Assembly (NCBI GenBank): GCA_963734845.1
Contig: CAVTIS010000008.1
Span: 236,419-300,418, forward strand
Reading direction: 5' to 3'
Origin: an uncultured delta proteobacterium
GTDB lineage: Bacteria > Desulfobacterota > Binatia > Binatales > Binataceae
Length of the DNA stretch: 64,000 nucleotides
In this document: positions 38,504 through 48,638 of the stretch, in pieces
Numbering within the stretch: the first letter of the stretch is position 1
Layout of the letters: every line of letters begins with the position of its first letter
Translations under genes and position numbers: made by a program
The notes under the pieces: model-generated
Told to the model about the DNA's origin: nothing
The model's database searches: none
What the model saw: the letters and a program-made list of their open reading frames with translations, nothing else

Positions 38504-39718
38504 CTAGAACTCACCCTCCAACAGCACCTGAGCCGCACGAAGTTCTTCGATCTCCTTTGGAGTTCGGCCCAACAAGTCTCGTAATACCTCTTCGTTGTGC
38601 TGTCCCAATGTGGCGGCCTGAAGCGGCAGGTCTTTGGGAAATTCCGAGAACCGAAGCGGCATCCTCGGAATGTCGAACGTGCCTGCTATGCGATCTGTGA
38701 TCGTACGGACCGTGCCGCGAGCGCGCAGGTGCGGATGATGCACGGTTTCCTCGATCGAAAGCACGGGCGCTGCCGGCACATGATGTTCGTGCATCCTGGC
38801 GACCGCACTATCGCGATCGGGAAAGGTGCCGAGCCAGTCCTCGATCAGTTTGATCACCTCGGCGCGGTTGGCGAGGCGGCCAGCGTCAGTGCCGAGACGC
38901 GCGTCGTTGACGAGATCGGGGCGATTCATCGCGGCGCACAGATCTTTCCAATGGTGCAGGAACGCCATCACGACGACCCATCCGTCGTTGGCCTTAAAGA
39001 CGCCCGCCGGGCAGACGTAGTTGAGATGCGGCCCCTGGCGGCTCGGCTTCATTTCACCATTGCTGCCGCTGTACTGATGAATGTTGACTTCGTGGCAGTG
39101 GTAGTAGGCATCCAGAAGTCCGATGTCGAGATGCTGTCCCTTGCCGGTGCGATCGCGATAGCGCAACGCCGCCAGCACCGCCAGCGCCCCATGCACGCCC
39201 GTGCTGACGTCGCCCAACCCGACCAAAGGAATGTACGGAGTGCCGCCGGCCTCGCCGATCATCGAAGTGACACCAGAATAGGCCTGCGCGATGAAATCGT
39301 ACCCAGGCAGAGAGGCGAGCGGACCGCTCTGGCCGAGCGCGGAGATTGAACACAGGATGATATCGGAGCGCATCTGGCGAAGCCGTTCATAACCGAGCCC
39401 CATCTCCGCCATCGTGCCGGGCTTGAAGTTCTCCACCACCACGTCCATCTTGGGCACCAGCGCGGCGACGATCGCCATTCCGCGCGGATCTCGCAGGTCA
39501 AGGCACAGGCTCTTTTTGCCCAGGTTCTGCTGAACATAGTAGAGGCTACGTTCGTTGCGGATCTTCGACATGCGCCGCACCATGTCACCACCTGGCGCCG
39601 ATTCGACCTTGATCACTTCCGCGCCCATCTCGGCCAGCATTCGGGTGCAGGTGGGTCCGGCCAAAGCGCGTGTGAAATCGAGAACGCGCAATCCGCTCAG
39701 AACGTGTTCGTTGGGCAT
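38504..39718 (-). CDS. CoA-transferase family III (CaiB/BaiF-type)
   Basis: 'LSGLRVLDFTRALAGPTCTRMLAEMGAEVIKVE' is a canonical family III N-terminus; matches over the full length. Confidence 0.9.
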   Translation of the reverse strand: MPNEHVLSGLRVLDFTRALAGPTCTRMLAEMGAEVIKVESAPGGDMVRRMSKIRNERSLYYVQQNLGKKSLCLDLRDPRGMAIVAALVPKMDVVVENFKPGTMAEMGLGYERLRQMRSDIILCSISALGQSGPLASLPGYDFIAQAYSGVTSMIGEAGGTPYIPLVGLGDVSTGVHGALAVLAALRYRDRTGKGQHLDIGLLDAYYHCHEVNIHQYSGSNGEMKPSRQGPHLNYVCPAGVFKANDGWVVVMAFLHHWKDLCAAMNRPDLVNDARLGTDAGRLANRAEVIKLIEDWLGTFPDRDSAVARMHEHHVPAAPVLSIEETVHHPHLRARGTVRTITDRIAGTFDIPRMPLRFSEFPKDLPLQAATLGQHNEEVLRDLLGRTPKEIEELRAAQVLLEGEF

Positions 39719-40285
39719 GATGCCCTCCTTTAGCCCCGAGTGTTTTGATCCTATGTATCTACACAGGGGGCCGCAGGCTTTCCGGGTCTGCCGGAATCCT
39801 CAAAGTCTTCAAATCTATGGGCCCCGGAGATCTCTTTTGCAACCTGGAACGGTACCCGCACAGCCGGCGCCACACAACTCTCACCATCCACGGTAGTCCG
39901 GTTGTCGCCGCTCTTCGCGCTAATTCGCCGCGGATCGTCTCGGTGCGCGCGGGGAACGCCTCGATGGCCCACCCTCACAGACGATATGCAGCGCATAGTC
40001 GACCGGGAGGCAGATGTGGCGTTACGTGGCGTTTGAACACCTGTTCAGTGCCCACCCAGTGCCCACTCCCAGCTCCTACGTCGTGACCCGACGTAGCTTC
40101 GATGGCGAAGAAACTCTTGAATTTGCTAACAGCGTAACCCGTCGTAACCTTGGAATACCTGCCGCATAGGTTTTGAAGACCGGTGGGGCCACCGGGCCCC
40201 TTCCTCCTCCGCATGCGCCGGTTATTTTGCGCCGTCCTGCCTCGCCAAGCGAAAGACATCAACTTTGAGTGACCGGCGAAGCGAA

Positions 40286-40552
40286 TCAAAATTGCCGTGA
40301 TATATGGGTTACCAGCGTAGGGTCCCGCTTGAATGCGACACTGACTTCGAGTTGATCTTTCGCCACGATCGGCGTCAAGCGGAACGTCAGCGTCACCTCG
40401 ATCGACTCGGACGCCTCCCTGCGTTCGCTTACCGCTTCCGCAGCCGTCAACAGGATATTCTCCATCAGCCGCATCCCCCAGTTGTCCAGCGAGGTTTCCT
40501 GTGACGGCTCGATATCCATAGTGTGTTCCTCGTCCGTGTGTTCCTTGTCCAT
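40286..40552 (-). CDS. small acidic hypothetical protein (88 aa)
   Basis: ORF only; co-directional and closely spaced with the kinase gene. Confidence 0.3.
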   Translation of the reverse strand: MDKEHTDEEHTMDIEPSQETSLDNWGMRLMENILLTAAEAVSERREASESIEVTLTFRLTPIVAKDQLEVSVAFKRDPTLVTHISRQF

Positions 40553-40632
40553 TCTGTGCTCGCGGGGCGAGATGGGATGTTCAGTGCGCGCTCACAAACC
40601 GTGCGCCGCTTTGTGATCTCCGGATTCTGCCG

Positions 40633-41814
40633 CTAAGCAAAACTGCCGAGGCTCTCAAGGTCCGAGATAGCGGCGGTCATTCGTTTGATCATTTCGAGAG
40701 ACATCTCTTCCGGCTGCATATCGGGCGTCGTACGCGTATGAACCAGCGTCGGCGTCCACATCAAAAGCGCAAGGAAAATTTGCTGTCGGTACAAATCCCA
40801 TGCTTCATCAAAGGTGATGCCAAGGCCGCACTTTTCCCGCATCCGGTCCAGATAGCGCCTGAGCAGGTCGCGTTCCCAGGCGCGCCGATCCTCGATAGCC
40901 AACGTAGTGGATATGGCGTATGAAACATCTCGCGCCCAGTGCCCCTTGCCGAGACACTGCCAGTCACACAGCCCCATTTTGCCTTCTCCCGTGACGTACC
41001 AGTTTCCGAGATGCACATCGGAATGCAGTAACGTGGGCGGCCCTTTCTTGTGCAGCTCCAGCGCTTTAATCGTTGAAGGCCAAATTTCAGCGCGACGGCG
41101 ACTGGCGTCTGGAGGGATGATCGCTTCGGCCTTTATCATGGCTTGCTCATGACACTCCCGAAGGCCGACCCTCTCGCCGGCTCGAAAGAAGTCCTCATAA
41201 GTGAGAAGCCATTTCAGGTCCGAGCTGAAGCGCGGACTGTCATAGAGGAGGCTGTGCACAGTGGCAAGGGTATCTACGATGTCTTCCGCTTGCTGGCGGG
41301 AAATGGGGGTGTGCCACCTGCAGAAGCTGGCCGACTTGGTCGCAATCAGATCCCCGAAAAGGTGTACTGAACGTCCAGAGTTGCGGTCCCATGCGGAGTG
41401 GTAACAGGTGGGTGCCTCGATATTCAGTTCGGGACGGATTTGGCGGTAGAAGCGCCCTTCACCTGCAGCGGAGAGGCCGGTCGCAAGCCTGGTCAGGACC
41501 GTCGGAGTTGTCTTACAGAAAAGATTTTCCGGCAAGCCGGCATTCTTGCCTTCGTCATTGTACGCGGCCTTGAGCTGCCTGCGAACGCTCGAACCCTGAT
41601 CGCCTCCGCAAACTTCCGCCGAGACCACCCGCGCGCCCTCGACACCGCCGCACAGAACAGCGGTGAGCCAGTCAGGCGATATCGCTTCCGCACACCAGGG
41701 GACGTCGTCGATGGTCCTGGCGACCGGGCGAGTGAGGTAGTCCCAAATCGTATGAACGGCCATCCTGCCTCTGGCCCTGAAATGGACGCCCGCCGGACGC
41801 GAATCCCGTGTCAT
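40633..41814 (-). CDS. phosphotransferase-family kinase (APH / maltokinase-like fold)
   Basis: 'LLHSDVHLGNWYV' (Brenner catalytic-loop motif H-x-D-x-x-x-x-N) and 'MGLCDWQCLGKGHWARDVSY' (DFG-equivalent D). Confidence 0.65.
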   Translation of the reverse strand: MTRDSRPAGVHFRARGRMAVHTIWDYLTRPVARTIDDVPWCAEAISPDWLTAVLCGGVEGARVVSAEVCGGDQGSSVRRQLKAAYNDEGKNAGLPENLFCKTTPTVLTRLATGLSAAGEGRFYRQIRPELNIEAPTCYHSAWDRNSGRSVHLFGDLIATKSASFCRWHTPISRQQAEDIVDTLATVHSLLYDSPRFSSDLKWLLTYEDFFRAGERVGLRECHEQAMIKAEAIIPPDASRRRAEIWPSTIKALELHKKGPPTLLHSDVHLGNWYVTGEGKMGLCDWQCLGKGHWARDVSYAISTTLAIEDRRAWERDLLRRYLDRMREKCGLGITFDEAWDLYRQQIFLALLMWTPTLVHTRTTPDMQPEEMSLEMIKRMTAAISDLESLGSFA

Positions 41815-41865
41815 GTACGTATCCCCTGCGTTGCTGACGAAAATCGTCTTTGTAGCAAGCGCCGA

Positions 41866-43176
41866 TTATTTTCCGCCGTGCCACGTGGCCATGTGATTGA
41901 CGTGGGTGTCGAGATAAAAATCGGCGCCGAAGAAGCGATCGTAAAATTCCATCTCGCAGTGCTGCGCCTGCGCATAGGCGCGCATGTAGAAACTCGGAAT
42001 GGTCGCTGGAAAACGGCCGAAGTTGTCGTAGATGTACTGCGTGACTTCGCCCATCAACTCGATGAACTCGGGGCTGTAGCGTTCCACGCGGGTCTTGACG
42101 CGGGAGTTCTCGCGGTATGGCCCGGGGCGCTCGGGGTCAAACGCCCCGTTGGGCCCAAACTTAAGATCGGCAAATTTCTGCACCGCCGCGCGCATGTCGG
42201 CGCAGTAGGGGGGACACAGCCCCTCGAAGTATTTGTCGATTCCAACCGGATTCGGCACGGCCCAGCGCGCGTCGGTGGCAAAGCGGAAGCCGAGTCCGGG
42301 AATTCCTTTGGCCGCGAACGCGCCCATCAGGCTTGGCGGATTGATCCCCGTATACATCCATCCGCCGAGCCCCATCGCCTGCATCGCGAGCACGATGTTG
42401 TGGCATATCAGCGCCAGCTCCATCGCGCCCGTCGCGAGGCAGTATTGATCGAACTCGAAAATCGAAAATCGCTTGGCGCCGTCGATCAGGCCGGAGCGCA
42501 TGAAGCGGTCGAGGTCACCGCAGACCCGGCCGTTTTGCGGATCGAATGGGGTAAAGCCCATTCCGAGATACACCGCCATCAGGTCCATCATCTGCTGCGT
42601 CAGATCGATCACCGGAACGAAGAGCGTGGTGCCCGCCTTGTTCGCGTTCCATAGATTATGCGCGCTCGTGTGCGGCGGCTGGGCGGGGACGGTGACCCGT
42701 CCGGGCGCCAGCTTGACGCAGTGCTGCTTGACGGAATCGAAAAGCGCCGCCATGTCGGCCGGCTGCTTGCCGCCGAGGATTTCCTGCGGATCGAGATCGC
42801 GAAGTTGCGTCAGGTAGGTGCCGTCGTCGTCAGTGAAGATCAGCTCGGACGCGTAAATCGCCGCGCCGCTCGGATAGGTCCGGCCGAGCAGCCGCATCGG
42901 GTAGTTGCATCCGGTGTCCGCCTCGCCGGCCGAAGTATGCTCCATCCCGGTGTTCCATCCGCTTATTCCGGCGCCGCACATCACCAGCAGCATCCGTTCC
43001 GTTTCGCTGAGTGCGACCGGTTCGTGCTGGGATTCGTAGGCCAGCGGTCCGTCGGGAATCTTCATCCCCAGGCCGAAGCGGCGCGCGCGCCGGCCGAACA
43101 TCGCGCCGAGCAATGGAAACGAGGAAAGCGCGCGGACTAGCGCTTCGGGAGTGGGAGCGGATTTTTTTTCCGCCAT
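41866..43176 (-). CDS. nitroreductase-superfamily protein, SagB-type dehydrogenase-like (436 aa)
   Basis: 'RTYPSGAAIYASEL' resembles the SagB-type 'YPSAGALYP.E' motif. 'AMELALICHNIVLAMQAMGLGGWMYTG' resembles the nitroreductase C-terminal 'ENL.LAA.ALGLG' block. Confidence 0.45.
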   Translation of the reverse strand: MAEKKSAPTPEALVRALSSFPLLGAMFGRRARRFGLGMKIPDGPLAYESQHEPVALSETERMLLVMCGAGISGWNTGMEHTSAGEADTGCNYPMRLLGRTYPSGAAIYASELIFTDDDGTYLTQLRDLDPQEILGGKQPADMAALFDSVKQHCVKLAPGRVTVPAQPPHTSAHNLWNANKAGTTLFVPVIDLTQQMMDLMAVYLGMGFTPFDPQNGRVCGDLDRFMRSGLIDGAKRFSIFEFDQYCLATGAMELALICHNIVLAMQAMGLGGWMYTGINPPSLMGAFAAKGIPGLGFRFATDARWAVPNPVGIDKYFEGLCPPYCADMRAAVQKFADLKFGPNGAFDPERPGPYRENSRVKTRVERYSPEFIELMGEVTQYIYDNFGRFPATIPSFYMRAYAQAQHCEMEFYDRFFGADFYLDTHVNHMATWHGGK

Positions 43177-43257
43177 GACGGTCGTCCTCTTTTGTATCGT
43201 TCCGGTTCGGTCTTTCCGGACCCGCTATCGTAGCAAAAACCTGCCGCGGCGCGGCAG

Positions 43258-45072
43258 CTAAGCGGGATGGTTTTCGTTGGGCGAGGCGCGATGCTTGCAC
43301 GGCCCGTGCGCCATCGAAAGGTTGTAGGCGCTGTTAATCAGCGAGATGTGGGAGAACGCCTGCGGAAAATTGCCGAGCTGGCGCTTGAGTCGCGGGTCAT
43401 ATTCCTCGGACAGCAGGCCAACGTCGTTGCGCAGCTCAAGCAGGCGGCTGAATATTTCGTGTGCCTGCTCATGGCGGCCCATCATCTCGAGGCAATCGAC
43501 CAGCCAGAACGTGCAGGGCAGGAAGAAGCCCTCGCCCGGAGGCAGGCCATCGACCGTGGCCTCTGTCAGGTAGCGCTTTACCAGGCCGTCGCTCATCAGC
43601 TCGCTCTGGATTGCCTCGACCGTGCCGACCACGCGCGGATCCTTCGCGGGCAGAAAGCCGACCAGCGGCATCATCAGCAACGAGGCGTCGAGCGCGTCGG
43701 AGCCGTAGTACTGAACGAAAGCGCCGCGCGACGCATTGAATCCCTGGCGGCAGACGTCGGCGTGGATGCGCGTGCGCAGAGCGCGCCACTTTTCCAGCGG
43801 CCCCTTCACTCCCGTGCGCTCGACCGTTTTGATCGCCCGATCGACCGCCACCCAGGCCATCATGCGCGAATGCACGAAGGGGCGGCGCGGTCCGCGCACC
43901 TCCCAGATACCTTCGTCAGGCTTCTCCCAGGCCGACTCCAGAAACTCGAGCAGTACGCTCTGCACCCGCCAGGCATCATCGTCGGTGCGAAGCCCATAGC
44001 GGTTCGCGACGTGGAGTGTGTCGATGACCTCGCCATAAACGTCGAGCTGAAACTGCGCATGAGCCGCGTTGCCGATTCGCACTGGATGGCTGTCCTCGTA
44101 GCCTGGCAGCCACGGCACCTCGTACTCGGTGAGACGGCGTTCGCCGGCGAGCCCATACATGATCTGCAATTCCTGCGGATGGCCTGCGACGGCGCGCAGC
44201 AACCATTGCCGCCACGCCTGCGCCTCCTCCGTATAGCCGGCGATGAGCAGGGCATAGAGCGTGAAGGTCGCGTCGCGCAGCCAGCAGTAGCGATAATCCC
44301 AGTTGCGCACGCCGCCGATTTTCTCCGGCAGCGAGGTTGTCAGCGCGGCGACGATCGCGCCAGTGGGTCTGAAGGTCAGCGCCTTGAGCGTGATGAGCGA
44401 GCGCATCACGACCTCGCGCCAGGGGCCGCCGATCGTGCATCGCTCCGACCATCGCTGCCACCAGGTCTCGGTCTCGCGCAGCATTTCAGCCGAATCGCGG
44501 CCGCGCGGCTCGCCCAGGTGCGAGGCATAGCGCGTCATCACGAAGGCGACGCTTTGTCCTTCGGAAACCTCGAACTCGCCGACGGTGCGAAAATCCTCGC
44601 CGCGCAACTCGATCGGAGAGCGCAGTTGCACTGCGTCGGGGCCCGCGATCGCGCGGAGACCATAAGGACGCCGCCTCACCCAGGGGACGATTCGCCCGTA
44701 GTCGAAACGCAGGATCGCTTCCGTAACCATCGGCACTCGGCCTGCGCGCCCCTCGACCACGCGCACCAGGTCGACTTTGCCCACGCGTTCGGCGATCGGC
44801 ATGAAATCGATCACCGCGGCCGTTCCGCCGGCGCAGCGGAACTCCGTCTCGAGGACCAGCGTGTCGCCGCGGTAGCGGCGGCTGGTCTGATGGGGCTGGG
44901 AGCGGGGTCCGATCAGCCAGCGCCCGTTATCGGGGGTGCCGAGCAGCGCCGCGAAGCAGGCGGAAGAATCGAAGCGCGGCATGCAGAGCCAGTCGATCGA
45001 ACCGTCGAGCCCTACCAGGGCGGCGGTATGCATGTTGCCGATGATCGCGTAGTCCTCGATTCGACGTGCCAC
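43258..45072 (-). CDS. glycoside hydrolase family 15 protein (glucoamylase / trehalase-related)
   Basis: N-terminus 'RIEDYAIIGNMHTAALVGLDGSIDWLCMPRFDSSACFAALLG' is the hallmark GH15 start; alpha/alpha-toroid region with 'WEE' near the C-terminus. Confidence 0.9.
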   Translation of the reverse strand: MARRIEDYAIIGNMHTAALVGLDGSIDWLCMPRFDSSACFAALLGTPDNGRWLIGPRSQPHQTSRRYRGDTLVLETEFRCAGGTAAVIDFMPIAERVGKVDLVRVVEGRAGRVPMVTEAILRFDYGRIVPWVRRRPYGLRAIAGPDAVQLRSPIELRGEDFRTVGEFEVSEGQSVAFVMTRYASHLGEPRGRDSAEMLRETETWWQRWSERCTIGGPWREVVMRSLITLKALTFRPTGAIVAALTTSLPEKIGGVRNWDYRYCWLRDATFTLYALLIAGYTEEAQAWRQWLLRAVAGHPQELQIMYGLAGERRLTEYEVPWLPGYEDSHPVRIGNAAHAQFQLDVYGEVIDTLHVANRYGLRTDDDAWRVQSVLLEFLESAWEKPDEGIWEVRGPRRPFVHSRMMAWVAVDRAIKTVERTGVKGPLEKWRALRTRIHADVCRQGFNASRGAFVQYYGSDALDASLLMMPLVGFLPAKDPRVVGTVEAIQSELMSDGLVKRYLTEATVDGLPPGEGFFLPCTFWLVDCLEMMGRHEQAHEIFSRLLELRNDVGLLSEEYDPRLKRQLGNFPQAFSHISLINSAYNLSMAHGPCKHRASPNENHPA

Positions 45073-45093
45073 AGGTTCGTCCTCGATTCGAAT

Positions 45094-46239
45094 TTACACA
45101 GGCCGGCGCGCGCGCGCACCGCCGGCCACAACTTCGCGATAGAGCTCGAGCGTGCGCTGTGCCATTAGCTCGGCGCCGAATTGCTCGCGCACGCGGCGGC
45201 GCGCCGCCGCACCCATCTCGGCTCGCCGTGCCGGGTCGTCGAGCAACGCGTTCAGCGCCGCCGCCAGTGCTGCCGGGTCGCCCGGCGCCACGGTCAAACC
45301 GGTCAGTCCGTCGAGCGAGACGTGGGGCACGGCGGAGTCGAGCCGCGTGTTGACCACCGGCTTCCCGCTGGCCATCGCTTCTAATTGTACAATGCCGAAT
45401 GCCTCGCTGCGCTCGACCGAGGGCAGTGCGAACACGTCGCAGGTGTGATAACACGCCTTTAAATCGACGTCATTGACGCGGCCCATCAGCGCGACCCGGT
45501 CGGCGACGCCGAGCCGCGCGGCCTCGGCCGCCAGCGTGCCGGCGAGCGGCCCGTCGCCGGCGATCAGCGCGGTTCCCCGCACCTCTTTCATCGCGCGCAC
45601 CAGGGTTTCGAAGCCCTTGTAATAGATGAGGCGGCCAACGCCGAGCACGATCCGTTCGCCGTGGCGGCGGCGCAATTCGTCGACGCGTGCGATGTCGGGA
45701 TGCTCGAAGTCGCCGGCGCGGATGCCGAAGGGAATTATGCGGCACAGATTGCGCCGCGCGCTCAGCACCGCGGAGCTTTCGATATAGGCGGTCGAACCGA
45801 CGATGATCGCGGCGCATCGCGCGAGCAGCAGCGAAAGCAGCGGCGCGAAGGCCGCTGCGGCACGGCGTTGGCGCACCACATCGCTATGCCAGGTGACGAC
45901 TAGCGGCACGCGGAGCCGGCTCATCAGGCAAGCGATCGCGGCCATCGGGTTGGGAAAGTGCAGATGGACCAGGTCAGGTCGCGCCTGGCGCATCGCGCGC
46001 GCCATCAGCGGCACGATCGGAGTCGCTTGGAGCATCAGCGGAGTTGCGAGCCGTACGAGTTCGACTCCGCCCTCGGCCGAGCGTTCGCGGCGCCAGCGAT
46101 CGCTCGCCACCAGCACCTGGACCTCTATCGACTTGCTCTGCTCTTCGCACAGGGTCTGGAGATGCGACTCCATGCCGCCGGGATGTGGCGGGTAAAACTT
46201 TCCCACGTGCAGAACTTTGAGTGGCGCGTCCCGCAGCAT
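45094..46239 (-). CDS. GT4 glycosyltransferase (start refined to the internal ATG)
   Basis: 'MLRDAPLKVLHVGKFYPPHPGGMESHL' is a typical GT4 N-terminus; '...RSEAFGIVQLEAMASGKPVV' is the E-x7-E motif. Confidence 0.8.
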   Translation of the reverse strand: MLRDAPLKVLHVGKFYPPHPGGMESHLQTLCEEQSKSIEVQVLVASDRWRRERSAEGGVELVRLATPLMLQATPIVPLMARAMRQARPDLVHLHFPNPMAAIACLMSRLRVPLVVTWHSDVVRQRRAAAAFAPLLSLLLARCAAIIVGSTAYIESSAVLSARRNLCRIIPFGIRAGDFEHPDIARVDELRRRHGERIVLGVGRLIYYKGFETLVRAMKEVRGTALIAGDGPLAGTLAAEAARLGVADRVALMGRVNDVDLKACYHTCDVFALPSVERSEAFGIVQLEAMASGKPVVNTRLDSAVPHVSLDGLTGLTVAPGDPAALAAALNALLDDPARRAEMGAAARRRVREQFGAELMAQRTLELYREVVAGGARARRPV

Positions 46240-47420
46240 TTCAGACGGCGATCTCGCGATAGACCGCTGCGCAGCGATCGGCGTATGCGGCCCAGGAAAA
46301 GTGCGAAGCCTGGCGAATCGCCGCGGCACGCACGCTCAGCCCATCGTGCAGGCTCAGCGGAACGCTCAAGCAGCATCGCAGCGAGCGCCGCACTCCATGC
46401 CGGGAGGTCGCCCACGGCGCAGTAAACCGCGGCTTCAGCGCCAACTTCGCGCAACGCCGGGATGTCGCTTGCGATCGCCGGCGTCCCGCAGGCCATCGCT
46501 TCGACGAGCGGCAGCCCGAAGCCTTCGGCCTCCGAAGGCATCAGCACCAGCGACGCGCGGCGATAGAGGGCGGCGAGCACCGCGGGCTCCAGAAACGGCA
46601 TCGTGACGATCGACCCCTCCACGCCGAGCGCCCGCGCGAGAGCCTGTTGATCGGCGGTGAACGCACCTCCCACTCTGACCAGGCGCAGGTTCGGAAATTG
46701 CGCGCGCGCGGCCGCCACGATCTGCAGCAGCACGTCGATTCGCTTGCGCGGGATGGTGCTGCCGACGTGGAGAATTTCGATGCCGCCGGGCGCGGCGGCG
46801 CCGAGCAGATGCGCGGCCACCGCGTCGACGGCTTCATTGGGGTGCGGAGAGCAGGCCGCATGCACGCCGTTGGGAATTACCACGAGCCGGCCGGGCGGGA
46901 CCAGCGCGTTGGCGACCAGCGCGTCGCGCGTGGCGAGGCTGTCGCAGCATACGCGCGCCGCCTTGTGCATGCCGGACAACATTCGCCGCGCCATCATGCG
47001 AAACGGCAGGGAGCGACGCTCGAGGCCCGATGCAATCAGGCAACGGAACGCGTCGAGGTCGTGACAGGTTACGACGATGCGCGTGCCCGCAAGTTCATGC
47101 GCGAGATGGGCGTAGCTGTGGTCCACGATGTGGAAGACGTCGAAGCCGCCGCGCAAGCGCCGCAGCGCGCGCGGATAATCGAAGAAACGGTTGAGCGCGC
47201 GATCCGCGTTGAAGCATACGGAGTCAAAGGGCGTGCGCGCGCTGTGCCAGGAGGCGGCGCGGCTCAGGCGCCGGACGAACGCGGGCTGGATGCGCGTGAC
47301 TTCCAGCGTGGCCGAATGGCGCGCCTTGAGTTCCGCGCACAACATCGCGCCGACCAGGTCCATGCTGGGCCAGCCCTCTTCGGCGTAGTCGCAGACCACG
47401 GCTAGGCGCAGACGCTGCAC
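46125..47420 (-). CDS. GT4 glycosyltransferase; its 3' end overlaps the next gene by ~115 nt and carries a suspicious Arg/Cys-rich tail
   Basis: 'MQRLRLAVVCDYAEEGWPSMDLV...' and 'MPSEAEGFGLPLVEAMACGTPAIAS' (EX7E). Confidence 0.7.
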   Translation of the reverse strand: MQRLRLAVVCDYAEEGWPSMDLVGAMLCAELKARHSATLEVTRIQPAFVRRLSRAASWHSARTPFDSVCFNADRALNRFFDYPRALRRLRGGFDVFHIVDHSYAHLAHELAGTRIVVTCHDLDAFRCLIASGLERRSLPFRMMARRMLSGMHKAARVCCDSLATRDALVANALVPPGRLVVIPNGVHAACSPHPNEAVDAVAAHLLGAAAPGGIEILHVGSTIPRKRIDVLLQIVAAARAQFPNLRLVRVGGAFTADQQALARALGVEGSIVTMPFLEPAVLAALYRRASLVLMPSEAEGFGLPLVEAMACGTPAIASDIPALREVGAEAAVYCAVGDLPAWSAALAAMLLERSAEPARWAERACRGDSPGFALFLGRIRRSLRSGLSRDRRLKCCGTRHSKFCTWESFTRHIPAAWSRISRPCAKSRASR

Positions 47421-47441
47421 AGCTTGGAGCAGGGCGGTCCT

Positions 47442-48635
47442 CTACTCACTCTGATCGCGCAAGAGGTCGGTGATGAACGCTGTCGCGCGGGCAACTTGCC
47501 GTTCGCGATCGAAGTCGCCGCCTTCGCGTGGGATTGCCGACCTCTTGGCGGCGATTTCGGCCGGCGAAAGCGTGTCGATTAGCCGCGATAGCGATTCAAT
47601 ATAGGTTCGCGTCCACGGCGACGGGCCGGGAAGCCGCCATAGCCATCCCTCATCCAGGTCGTAGGCCAAAGGAATTTGCCCGGTGACGATGGGCAGGCCG
47701 GCGGCCAGGTATTCGCTGACTTTGGTCGTATATCTGAAGCTCCCGACCCGATCGACGCTCTGAGGCAGACTCGCTATGTCCATCGCGGCTAGATACTCGG
47801 GAACCTCCTGTCGAGCGATCCGGCCGGCGAGAACGAGGCGGGAACCGAGCATCGCGCCGGCAGCGGCCGTCAACTGTGGTCTCCCGTCGCCATCACCAAC
47901 GATAAGCGCCACCGCATCCCGGCGCTTCACCAACTTGAGCGCATTGAACAGTTCGTAACCGTAGCAATAGCCGACTCTCGCATTCCATACCAAGGCGCCT
48001 ACGATTCCGATCACCAAAGCGTCAGGTGGAATGCCGAATTTGTTCCGCACCCGGGCGCGCGCCCGAAGCCGATCGTCAGGAGCAAGCGTGAACGATGACC
48101 AACCTTGAGCAGTCATCGCGCGCGGCGCGCCGAAGCTCAGCGCGCGGCCTACAAGATACGGAGTCCATCCAATGAACCCCGAAGCAAAGCGATAGAGCAT
48201 ATGCTCGTAGGCCAAAAACGCGGGCTTCAGCAGTGGAATCCGGGACGACAGGAAAGGAGCGATGGCGTCGCCGCTGCTTACTACGTAGGGGACGCGAAAT
48301 AGCAGCCGCCCGAGCAGCAGGGCGAATCCTCCCGCGATGCCGCTACCCTCCATGATAACCATTCGCGGGCGATTCTCGCGGATCGCATCGAACACACGCA
48401 GAAAGGTGGAAATTTTGGCGCTGTGATCGAAGTGAATCAGTTGGATTGGCAGATTGCGCGTCAGTTCGCGAAGACGAGCTTCGTCGCCCTCGCCCGAACC
48501 CTGAGTGGCGAAGCCGAGCAGGCTTGGCGTCGCGGCTTGGTCCGACATGGCGCTTGGGCGCGTCACCCTTTCCGTCATCTCTGCTATGCTTTGATGATCC
48601 ACCGTGGGCTGCCGATCTCTCCTGCTGTTTGACAC
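47442..48635 (-). CDS. glycosyltransferase (GT4-like GT-B fold)
   Basis: C-terminal 'LIVGDGDGRPQL...LAGRIARQEVPEYLAAMDIASLPQ...FRYTTKVSEYLAAGLPIVT' matches the GT-B C-terminal domain. Confidence 0.65.
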   Translation of the reverse strand: MSNSRRDRQPTVDHQSIAEMTERVTRPSAMSDQAATPSLLGFATQGSGEGDEARLRELTRNLPIQLIHFDHSAKISTFLRVFDAIRENRPRMVIMEGSGIAGGFALLLGRLLFRVPYVVSSGDAIAPFLSSRIPLLKPAFLAYEHMLYRFASGFIGWTPYLVGRALSFGAPRAMTAQGWSSFTLAPDDRLRARARVRNKFGIPPDALVIGIVGALVWNARVGYCYGYELFNALKLVKRRDAVALIVGDGDGRPQLTAAAGAMLGSRLVLAGRIARQEVPEYLAAMDIASLPQSVDRVGSFRYTTKVSEYLAAGLPIVTGQIPLAYDLDEGWLWRLPGPSPWTRTYIESLSRLIDTLSPAEIAAKRSAIPREGGDFDRERQVARATAFITDLLRDQSE

Positions 48636-48638
48636 GGT

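Noticed and set aside
43267-45168. 633-aa plus-strand ORF antisense to the GH15 gene
   Set aside because: Ala/Arg-rich low-complexity product; the minus-strand GH15 frame has unmistakable family motifs
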